DNA of 64,000 nucleotides from a virus: the IMG/VR virus record IMGVR_UViG_3300028841_000107, one strand, 5' to 3'. A program made the translations under genes and the position numbers. Shown here in pieces: positions 27,084 to 33,846 of this stretch. Position 1 is the stretch's first letter; the number at the start of each line of letters is the position of its first letter. Below the pieces are notes generated by a model. The model had not been told where the DNA came from, did no database searches, and saw only the letters and a program-made list of their open reading frames with translations.

Positions 27084-27370
27084 AGCCCGCACCCCGAGCC
27101 GTAGAGGCTCTCATCCCGCCGCGTGCAGGCGCCGCACTGGAGCCCGTGCCGCAGCTCGAAGCGGCTCAGGCTCGCGCCGCACCGGCACGCCCGCCGCGTC
27201 GCCTTGGGCGCCTCCGGCTCCGGCCAGCAGCCGCACAGGTTCCGGTCGCTCCCGTGGGAGGCGAGCGGCGTGCAGAGGCAGGACCCGCCCGAGCACGGGC
27301 AGAAGTCCACCGTTCCGCGCCCGAAGTTCAGCTCCAGGGTCTCAGCGTTCCGGCAGGGTCCCGCGCTCAC
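27080..27370 (-). CDS. Cys-rich small protein, 96 aa
   Basis: GTG 27370 in a GTGA overlap. About 12 Cys (FCPCSGGSCLC, LCGC, CRC, CGAC). Confidence 0.5.
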   Translation of the reverse strand: MSAGPCRNAETLELNFGRGTVDFCPCSGGSCLCTPLASHGSDRNLCGCWPEPEAPKATRRACRCGASLSRFELRHGLQCGACTRRDESLYGSGCGL

Positions 27371-27519
27371 CGGGCACCGTCCTTGAGGATGCCGACGCAC
27401 CCGAGGAGCCGCACAAGCTCCGCCGCCCACTCTTCGGCGTCTCTCTGCTTCCCGCACGCGGCGTAGGCGAGTGCTTTCGCCAGGGCGCGGGCGATGGCGG
27501 ATCGGTCGATGGTTCCCAT
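27367..27519 (-). CDS. Hypothetical protein, 50 aa (below ORF-track size cut-off)
   Basis: Hand translation from ATG 27519 (SD GAGAAGGAG): MGTIDRSAIARALAKALAYAACGKQRDAEEWAAELVRLLGCVGILKDGAR. Its stop overlaps the next GTG. Confidence 0.5.
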   Translation of the reverse strand: MGTIDRSAIARALAKALAYAACGKQRDAEEWAAELVRLLGCVGILKDGAR

Positions 27520-27542
27520 TCTCTTCTCCTTCTCGGTCCGGT

Positions 27543-27559
27543 GACTCCGGGCGGGAGTC
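27543..27559 (-). promoter_or_regulatory. GC hairpin with GGGCG(+)/CGCCC(mRNA) pentaloop
   Basis: GACTCC / GGAGTC stem around loop GGGCG 27549-27553, 23 nt upstream of ATG 27519. Confidence 0.5.
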
Positions 27560-27618
27560 CGTCCGCTGAGGCGTCCCGGGGATCGGACCCGAGGCGCCTC
27601 GACTGACGGGCGCGCGTC

Positions 27619-28092
27619 CTACTCGATCGGCTCCGGGTCGAACGGCTCCCCGAGCCGGGCATTCAACTCCAGCGTGCGCGGCGACCGCTCGCCCGCGAGG
27701 AGCATCTCGAGGGCTTCCGAGTCCGCGATGAGGCGCGCGATCCTCGGGTCAGTCGCCGGGCAGTAGGGCGGCGCCGCGTCCGGGTACAGACACCCGCTCA
27801 CCCGATCCCGCACGGTGCCGCCGAGCCTCACCGCCTCGGCCGTCCGCACCATCGCCAGCTCGTCCGCCGGGTCCCGCTGGGTGACGTAGACGTGAGCCGC
27901 GAGGGACTGCCAGCCGTCGCGCCTGTCCGCGCGCCGCGCCGCGATGTACTCGGCGCCCCAGAGGATCTCGCTCGGGTCGCTCGCATCCATCGAGAGGATG
28001 GAGGCGTGCGCCTCCGGGTCGCTCGCCGCCGTGTAGCCGTAGCCGGCCGGCGTGACCCATCCCACGGCCAGAGCGTAGCGCGGCGCGCTCAC
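27619..28092 (-). CDS. Hypothetical protein, 157 aa
   Basis: GTG 28092 in a GTGA overlap. Reads VSAPRYALAVGWVTPAGYGYTAASDPEAH...; the upstream part of the track ORF is Arg-rich. Confidence 0.6.
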   Translation of the reverse strand: MSAPRYALAVGWVTPAGYGYTAASDPEAHASILSMDASDPSEILWGAEYIAARRADRRDGWQSLAAHVYVTQRDPADELAMVRTAEAVRLGGTVRDRVSGCLYPDAAPPYCPATDPRIARLIADSEALEMLLAGERSPRTLELNARLGEPFDPEPIE

Positions 28093-28202
28093 CGGTCCCT
28101 CCCGTCCCGGAGGCTGCGGACCGTCTCGTAGACCGCCATCGCCAGCAGGGGCAACCCGACGAAGAGCACCTCTCCCAGCAGGTAGGCGTTCTCGGCGCTC
28201 AC
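28089..28202 (-). CDS. Small membrane peptide, 37 aa
   Basis: GTG 28202 and stop 28089 are both in GTGA overlaps. Hydrophobic core LLGEVLFVGLPLLAMAVY. Confidence 0.4.
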   Translation of the reverse strand: MSAENAYLLGEVLFVGLPLLAMAVYETVRSLRDGRDR

Positions 28203-28459
28203 AGCGCACCCGCCAGGATCAGCAGCCGCCACGACGCCCGCCGCATCTCGTACGGCACCGCGTCCGGCCCGTACGACCCCGCCGCGTGCTCCCACGGGGC
28301 CAGGGAGTCCACCACCACGAGGAGCCGACGCGTCGTCCCGCACGCCTCCGAGTAGCCCGCGGGCGCCTGTTCGGCCGGGAAGGAATGCCGGACACCGTCC
28401 GGCCCCGTCAGGGTCACGATGCGGTCGGGGCTCCAGTTGTGCGGAGTCTCGCCGCTCAC
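28199..28459 (-). CDS. Hypothetical protein, 86 aa
   Basis: GTG 28459 in a GTGA overlap. Reads VSGETPHNWSPDRIVTLTGPDGVRHSFPAEQ... Confidence 0.5.
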   Translation of the reverse strand: MSGETPHNWSPDRIVTLTGPDGVRHSFPAEQAPAGYSEACGTTRRLLVVVDSLAPWEHAAGSYGPDAVPYEMRRASWRLLILAGAL

Positions 28460-28674
28460 GACCGCACCTCGCCGTGCAGCGCCCGCGCGGCCTCGCACGC
28501 CTCGCGGATCGTCTCCTCGGCCTCGGTAGGCGTGTCGAAGTCGCCGGTATCCCGCGACGCCCGGATGGTGTCCAGCGCGTCCCCGAGGTCGCACCCGTCG
28601 ATGATCTCCTGAGCGGTCTCACCGTACCTCAGCGCCACGAGGCGCCGGGCCTGCTGCTGCGCGTACGGGCTCAC
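28456..28674 (-). CDS. Hypothetical acidic protein, 72 aa
   Basis: GTG 28674 in a GTGA overlap. Reads VSPYAQQQARRLVALRYGETAQEIIDGCDLGD... Confidence 0.5.
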   Translation of the reverse strand: MSPYAQQQARRLVALRYGETAQEIIDGCDLGDALDTIRASRDTGDFDTPTEAEETIREACEAARALHGEVRS

Positions 28675-28865
28675 GACCGCGCCCCCTCGTAACAGCGCAC
28701 CGGGCAGACCGGCCGCCGGGCGGGGATCAGCTTCCCGAGCGCGTAGGCGTCGCTCTCGTATCCCTCGGGGGTCCGCTCCGGCGTCTCCGGGGACCCGCCC
28801 CAGAAAGCCAGGTAGGTCCACCCGTCGTGCTCCAGGGTCACCGCGTGGATGGTGGTGTTCGGCAT
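28671..28865 (-). CDS. First gene of the leftward block, 64 aa
   Basis: ATG 28865 preceded by AAAGGAG. Reads MPNTTIHAVTLEHDGWTYLAFWGGSPETPE... Confidence 0.55.
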   Translation of the reverse strand: MPNTTIHAVTLEHDGWTYLAFWGGSPETPERTPEGYESDAYALGKLIPARRPVCPVRCYEGARS

Positions 28866-28887
28866 GTTCGGCTCCTTTCGGCTCCCT

Positions 28888-28904
28888 CGATCCGGGCGGG
28901 ATCG
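28888..28904 (-). promoter_or_regulatory. GC hairpin with GGGCG(+)/CGCCC(mRNA) pentaloop in the 5' leader
   Basis: CGATCC / GGATCG stem around loop GGGCG 28894-28898, 22 nt upstream of ATG 28865. Confidence 0.5.
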
Positions 28905-28916
28905 GGGGCCGCCCAG

Positions 28917-28945
28917 AAGGTAGTCCCGCCCGGGCCGCTTGTCAA
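28917..28945 (-). promoter_or_regulatory. Sigma-70-like leftward promoter candidate
   Basis: Minus strand reads TTGACA (28945..28940), a 17-nt spacer, then TACCTT (28922..28917), about 50 nt upstream of ATG 28865. Confidence 0.45.
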
Positions 28946-30285
28946 GGGGCGGCGCGAACAAAGTGCATACGCCCGCTGCCAGAGCGGCTCGGCGCCTCTA
29001 CTGTATATGCGCCCCACGATCCCCCGATGTCGGCACGCCGACACGACCGCTCTCCAGACTTACGCCTCTAGTGGTGCCTGCTTTTTCAGGCAGGTGTAGC
29101 ATGGCGTGCGACAGTGTCCCCTTTTCCGTACAAGCGTGAGCCATGCGGCCACGACGCGGGACGGGTCGATTCCGCACCAGACCAGCGCTACGATGGCCCC
29201 ATGCAGACCCCCTCGATTCACCCCGCCACGGCTCCAGCGGGCGCCGGTACGCCGGGAGGAACCGTCGGCGCGACTGCGGGCGCCGGCAGGTGAGCCGCCC
29301 GGTCAAGGTGGACTCGCCGTGGCGAGCACCGGACCTCGGCCTCGGCCTCGCGGAGACCATCGAGCCATCGGCCGGTCTCTCGTACCAGGCAGAGCTCCCT
29401 CGCCCGTGGGCGGCGGCGTCGGTCCCGGTGGCCGGCTGGCTGCCGTCGAGCGGTCGGAGCCACCGACCGGTCAGGGTGGACTTTCAGGCCCCGGAGACCC
29501 CTTCGAGGCCCGAAACCAGGGCGCAAGTCGGGTCAGAGGCGCGTAATCGGTCCCGATAATCTCGACGCTTTCGTCAGGGATCGGCCGTAACTCGTTGCAG
29601 GGACAGTGGATTACGCGCTTCCGGGCGGATTGACACTCTGTCTGTTATCGGACGTAGCACTTTGCGGTACAGAGTAGGCGTCCCTCTCGACTGCTCTGGG
29701 CGGGGGGCTCGCTCTCGGCGCTGCTCTCGTGGTGCCTTGCCCTTGGCCTCGAGCTGGGCCACGGCGACGACCACGACGTTGACCGGGGTGGCCGGGTACT
29801 CCCCTCGTCCACACCGCGCCGCGGGTCCCATCGGCTGTGCCTCGAACTCTACGTCCCCCCCCGCTCCGCCTGAGGTTTCCCCTGGATCCGTGCGGGGATC
29901 GGGGGTAGTAGAAAAAAGTCAGGTAGGGGGTTCGGGCTCGAGGGAGGGTCGGTCTTCGGATCCCGCTTCGGTCGGTCGTTCGCTTGGTGCGCTCCCTCCC
30001 TCCGCTGGGGGTAGGGGTTTTCGGATGGGATCTTTGCGGGATGGGTCTTGGGGGCTTCGTTCTCGTCGGGGGTCTTGGACCGGCTTACTTCCTGCCCTCC
30101 GGAGTGCGGTCTTTGGGGCTGGATGAGCCCTACGTCCCGTACCTCCTCACGGAGGTAGTAGGAACCATTACGCGTTACGCAGTCAATACGCGGCGTCCAA
30201 GAAAGCGTCCACTTCCTGTGAATTCAGCCCGTAAGTCGTTGCAGCGTGAGAAGAAAAAAAATCACCCGCAGTTTTGTTCAAGAAG

Positions 30286-30313
30286 TGGAATTTCCCCATT
30301 TGGGGAATACAGT
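30286..30313 (+). promoter_or_regulatory. Rightward promoter candidate with palindromic operator in the spacer
   Basis: TGGAAT (30286-30291), then a 16-nt spacer that is the perfect palindrome TTCCCCA-TT-TGGGGAA (30292-30307), then TACAGT (30308-30313). The -35 match is weak. Confidence 0.3.
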
Positions 30314-30433
30314 TTCCCGAAATGAGGACTAGGTGGGTGGATGGGTTGGTGGGTAGGATAGGTGGAGCGGCGCGCGGGGAAGCTACTACCCTTCCCCGGT
30401 TGCCTGACCTGGAACCTGCTGAAGGAGGTCCCG

Positions 30434-30775
30434 ATGGCTGACGAGGATCGTAACGTAGAACGGTGGCGCGAGGCTGGGCGGCGCGACTCGACCGTGCTCG
30501 AGACGGAGCCTGCAGACGCGCCTGCCCCGGTGATGGAGGGCGTCTACGGACGCGGTCTTCCTCCTGGGCGTGGGACGTACGTGGTGCTGGCGCAGCACCC
30601 GGACGAGGAACTTCCGCGGTGGTTGACGGTGGTGTGGGAGCCGGTGCAGCGGGTGTGGTTGATTGGCCGCTGCTCGCTGGAGGCGCTGGGCTACCGGGTG
30701 GTGAAGTGGCGGAAGGCAGACCCGGCGGTGCAGGGGCCCGAGCCGGCGGACGGGTTCTGGGACGTGCCGCTGTGA
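30434..30775 (+). CDS. First gene of the rightward block, 113 aa
   Basis: GAAGGAGG SD before ATG 30434. Reads MADEDRNVERWREAGRRDSTVLE... Confidence 0.6.
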   Translation: MADEDRNVERWREAGRRDSTVLETEPADAPAPVMEGVYGRGLPPGRGTYVVLAQHPDEELPRWLTVVWEPVQRVWLIGRCSLEALGYRVVKWRKADPAVQGPEPADGFWDVPL

Positions 30776-31146
30776 GCGCGAAGCCTGACGACCGCTGGGC
30801 GATGGAGCTGCTGGACGAGGTGGTGCCGGTGCTGAACAAGCGGACGGACGAGGCGACGGAGCGGATCCGCCTCTTCGAGGAGTACCTGCGGCGGGTGGGG
30901 CTGGCGATCCCTGTGGAGACGATGATCCCATCCAAGACGACCACGGCGTATCTCATCTTCAAGAAGCTGGACTACGACGGGGAGTGGCGCGTCCGCTGCG
31001 ACGGAGGTTCGGTGGCCCCGTACGCCGGGACGCCGCTGCTGGAGTGCCCGCGGTGGATCAAGCTGATGGCGATGGTTGGCTGGGACGTCTTCGTGGCTAC
31101 GGTCGTCGAGAAGGCGAACGCGTGGGCGAAGGGGCAGGCGTCGTGA
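30772..31146 (+). CDS. Hypothetical protein, 124 aa
   Basis: GTG 30772 in a GTGA overlap. Reads VSAKPDDRWAMELLDEVVPVLNKRTDEATERIRLFEEYL... Confidence 0.6.
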   Translation: MSAKPDDRWAMELLDEVVPVLNKRTDEATERIRLFEEYLRRVGLAIPVETMIPSKTTTAYLIFKKLDYDGEWRVRCDGGSVAPYAGTPLLECPRWIKLMAMVGWDVFVATVVEKANAWAKGQAS

Positions 31147-31892
31147 CGCGCCCCGCGCCGCCCGAGGTCTACGAGGCGCGCCCAGAGGCGCCGCTGGTCG
31201 TGATGCCATCGAATAACACGGGGGCGACGGTGCGGTCTATCGCACAGCGTTTCCCGGGCCGCCTGGCCCACCTGATCGGCCCCGGCGGCTGGCGCACGCC
31301 ATTCCTACCGTACGCGCTCGACAACGGCGCCTTCGGCGCCTGGGCGTCCGGCACGCCGTTCAACGAGGATGCGTTCTGCGAGCTGTTGGCGCGGGCGCAG
31401 TGCCACGAGGAAGCGTCGCGGGCGGGCGGCTCCTGCGAGGCTCCGCTGTGGGTCGCGGTTCCTGATGTCGTGGCCGACCGTCGCGCCACTCTCGACTCGT
31501 GGGGCGCGTGGGCGCCGCGTCTTCGTAGGTACGGCTGGCCGCTCGCCTTCGTGGTGCAGGACGAGATGGTGAGGCAGGACGTTCCCGGTGACGCCGACGT
31601 CGTCTTCGTCGGTGGCACGACGAAGTGGAAGTGGTCAACCGTACCGGCGTGGTGCGCGTGGTTCCGGCGCGTTCACGTCGGGCGCGTCAACCGTCCCCGC
31701 GCGCTCGACTACCTCGACCAGCTCGGTGCCGAATCGTGCGACGGGACCGGTTGGCTGCGTGGCGATCAGGTCCAGCTGAACGGTCTCATCGACTTCCTCG
31801 CGGGCCGGACGAACCTCCGGCTCTTCGATGCTCCAGACGGACCGCTCCCGGCAGCCGACGAGGAGGTGACGCGTGATGCCTGCGCTGCGTAA
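31143..31892 (+). CDS. TGT-fold TIM-barrel protein, DpdA-like DNA/tRNA transglycosylase candidate, 249 aa
   Basis: GTG 31143 in a GTGA overlap. Ordered motifs VVMPSNN, YALDNGAFG (cf. DSGGFQ), WVAVPDVV, AFVVQDE, VFVGGTTKWK, CDGTGW resemble the TGT/DpdA barrel as I recall it. No CxCxxC zinc site seen. Confidence 0.45.
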   Translation: MTRPAPPEVYEARPEAPLVVMPSNNTGATVRSIAQRFPGRLAHLIGPGGWRTPFLPYALDNGAFGAWASGTPFNEDAFCELLARAQCHEEASRAGGSCEAPLWVAVPDVVADRRATLDSWGAWAPRLRRYGWPLAFVVQDEMVRQDVPGDADVVFVGGTTKWKWSTVPAWCAWFRRVHVGRVNRPRALDYLDQLGAESCDGTGWLRGDQVQLNGLIDFLAGRTNLRLFDAPDGPLPAADEEVTRDACAA

Positions 31893-32091
31893 GCTGCCAC
31901 GCGCCGACTCGTCCGTCCCGGGGGAGGGGTTGTCGCTCCGGGACCGGGACGCGATCATGACAGCAATCAGGACGTGTCCGCACCCGAAGCGAACGCTGGC
32001 GCGCAGGACGTTCCTCCGCAGCCTCGCCAGGAGCTACAACGTCACGCTCGGGTGCATCGAAAAGTACCAAGCGCGGGTGAGCCGTGGATAG
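31876..32091 (+). CDS. Small HTH-like protein, 71 aa (paralog of 33847..34083)
   Basis: AGGAGG 9 nt upstream of ATG 31876 (GTG 31873 also possible). Shares PRAD..PGE...CP....R..F..LA with the 33847 gene. Confidence 0.5.
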   Translation: MPALRKLPRADSSVPGEGLSLRDRDAIMTAIRTCPHPKRTLARRTFLRSLARSYNVTLGCIEKYQARVSRG

Positions 32092-32237
32092 GCGATGCGC
32101 TCCATCTGGCGAGGTCTACGAGGCGCGCCTGGCGTCGGTCGCCTGCCGTGCAGACGGCCTGATGGCGATGACCCGCCCCGTGCGGGACGAGGAGGCGCGG
32201 CCGTGATCCGCGTCGCCTGCCGGATCTGCCGCATCGG

Positions 32238-32774
32238 ATGACCTACCGGCACCCCGCCGCTGAACCCGGCCCTTGGAAGGACAACCCGGACTACCTCAAG
32301 CGCGAGGCCCGCGGCGATCGCTGGCGGCGTGCCGTTGCGGCTCGGTTCAGCGAGGAAGGGTTCACGGTGATGCTGCCGCACACGAAGCGGCAGAGCCGGC
32401 GGGACGACCCGACGGACTGGAACCTGGAGATCGACCTCTACATCGGGCTGACGTGGCCGACAGCGTTCCCGGGGGGCGTCGGCATGCCGTGGCCGACGAC
32501 GGTGGAGGTGAAGAGCACGGACCTGCGCTTCGCCTCGCCGGAGAGCTTCCCGCTGCAGGAGCTCATGCTCTACAAGCGGGCGAAGGCGCACCCTGGGGTG
32601 TGGGTGATGGTGTCGGACACGAGCGGGGCGATGGTGGGGCTGTTCCCCGGCACAGCCCCCATCTTCGAGGGGATCGGGGTGGACCGGAAGCGCGGGATCA
32701 CGTACCCGGTGTGGAAGGCGAAGCGGGCGGATCTCCTCCCCTTCGAGGAGCTGGTGCGGCGGCTGAAGGGGTAG
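32238..32774 (+). CDS. Putative PD-(D/E)xK nuclease-fold protein, 178 aa
   Basis: ATG 32238. EIDLYIG ... TTVEVKS spacing fits a D...(D/E)xK core. Function tentative. Confidence 0.5.
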   Translation: MTYRHPAAEPGPWKDNPDYLKREARGDRWRRAVAARFSEEGFTVMLPHTKRQSRRDDPTDWNLEIDLYIGLTWPTAFPGGVGMPWPTTVEVKSTDLRFASPESFPLQELMLYKRAKAHPGVWVMVSDTSGAMVGLFPGTAPIFEGIGVDRKRGITYPVWKAKRADLLPFEELVRRLKG

Positions 32775-32940
32775 CTACCAAGACTCCCCATGGCTCGATG
32801 CCAAGCCATTTGCCGGTGCAGTTGGGGTTCCAGTGGTAGCCCATCGCGCCGTACAAGACGTCCTCGCGATCGACCGCCTCCTGATACCGTCGGCACGCCT
32901 CTTCCGCGATCACGAGGGCCTTCTTGCGGGTGACTCTCAC
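32698..32940 (-). CDS. Hypothetical protein, 80 aa
   Basis: GTG 32940 in a GTGA overlap with the DUF551-like gene. The 3' end overlaps the convergent 32238..32774 gene by 77 nt. Confidence 0.45.
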   Translation of the reverse strand: MRVTRKKALVIAEEACRRYQEAVDREDVLYGAMGYHWNPNCTGKWLGIEPWGVLVATPSAAAPAPRRGGDPPASPSTPGT

Positions 32941-33137
32941 GGGTCCTCCGGCCACTCGCACCAGTGGGTGATCGAGGCAGATAGCGGGTTGTTCTGCCAC
33001 CCGGACATGTTGTGCGTCCCGTCCGGCTCGAACCAAGCGACGTGCCGCAGCGGCTTCTCCGGGTCGGCCGTCGGTATGAACACGGGGTAGACGCCCGGCT
33101 TCTCTGGCAGGCGGTCAGCGACCGAGATCCAAGTCAC
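32937..33137 (-). CDS. DUF551-like protein, 66 aa
   Basis: (V)TWISVADRLPEKPGVYPVF...W...HWCEWPEDP matches the WISV.DRLPE signature I recall for DUF551. GTGA overlap at the start. Confidence 0.65.
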   Translation of the reverse strand: MTWISVADRLPEKPGVYPVFIPTADPEKPLRHVAWFEPDGTHNMSGWQNNPLSASITHWCEWPEDP

Positions 33138-33697
33138 AGCTTCACCCCCAGCTTCTCGGCGCGGTGACCGAAGCTCCTGACTTCATCGCACCACTTCAAA
33201 TACTCGCTCGCGATGCGAGTGTCAGGGGTGGTCTTGGCAAACGTCACCAGGTCGCGGATCAGCGCGTCCTTCGGGTCTTCGGCGTCGTCGGAGCAGAGAC
33301 GGGGAGCCGGGACGCCGACCCTCCTCGCGATCTCCGAGAGGTACCCCGCGACTCTCCTCAAGTCTTTCCTGTTCGCGCTCTCCCTCTCGATCGCCTCCTT
33401 GTTGCAGGAGATGGCGTACCGAAGCTCCTTCTCGAGCGCGTCGAGGCGCTTAGCGAGATCGCGTCTGAGCGACGTTTCGGCCAACATCGCCTGTTCAATA
33501 GCCCTATGCCACGGCTCACTGGCGGCGGAGCCATGCTGGCCGGTGCCGTGAACTTCTCTCCTGTGCTGCTCGCCCACCTCAGACACCCGCGCCATCTCGG
33601 CATCGAGGTCGCGACCTTCTATCGGAGTCATCCCCTCCGGCGAATAGGTATATCCGCACGTTGGGCACGTGAACCTCACGTCGGCCAAGATCGACAT
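33134..33697 (-). CDS. Zinc-ribbon plus coiled-coil protein, 187 aa
   Basis: AGGAAGGAGACG SD before ATG 33697. N-terminal CPTCG; helical, charged middle. Confidence 0.6.
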   Translation of the reverse strand: MSILADVRFTCPTCGYTYSPEGMTPIEGRDLDAEMARVSEVGEQHRREVHGTGQHGSAASEPWHRAIEQAMLAETSLRRDLAKRLDALEKELRYAISCNKEAIERESANRKDLRRVAGYLSEIARRVGVPAPRLCSDDAEDPKDALIRDLVTFAKTTPDTRIASEYLKWCDEVRSFGHRAEKLGVKL

Positions 33698-33815
33698 CTA
33701 CGTCTCCTTCCTTAAGTGCCGCCGGCTCCCCTTCCGCAACCCCCCGGCGGTGTTCGGCGAGCCTCGGTGGCGGGGCGGCGCCGCCTGGGGCGAGTGACCA
33801 ATCTAGAGAAAGTTC

Positions 33816-33845
33816 TTGCCTGTGTCGAGAAGAATCTTGTAGCCT
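33816..33845 (+). promoter_or_regulatory. Promoter candidate giving a leaderless or near-leaderless transcript
   Basis: TTGCCT (33816-33821), 18-nt spacer, TAGCCT (33840-33845). ATG 33853 lies 7 nt downstream of the -10 and there is no SD. Confidence 0.3.
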
Positions 33846-33846
33846 T

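Larger units (their letters stand above)
28866..30433. other. 1.57-kb ORF-poor divergent control region
   Basis: No ORF here has the codon bias of neighbouring genes; track ORFs are Arg-rich or have weak G/C third-position bias. Contains palindromes, a duplicated module, G-tract direct repeats and an A-rich tract at 30249-30262. Confidence 0.7.

Noticed and set aside
29106-29559. Track ORFs 29106..29546 and 29143..29559 in the control region
   Set aside because: They are extremely Arg-rich, lack an SD, and overlap each other in two frames. The repeated RPV(K/R)VD is better explained by the duplicated nucleotide module.
29574-29831. 85-aa minus-strand ORF in the control region
   Set aside because: Only the first ~30 codons look coding-like. 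The remainder uses rare codons (AGA, ATA, CTA, CGA). There is no SD. A short peptide cannot be excluded.
29984-30325. 113-aa ORF with a hydrophobic N-half (TTG start) across the G-tract region
   Set aside because: Third-codon positions are mixed (many T/A), unlike every confident gene here. It has no SD, runs through the promoter/palindrome region and ends in the A-rich tract.
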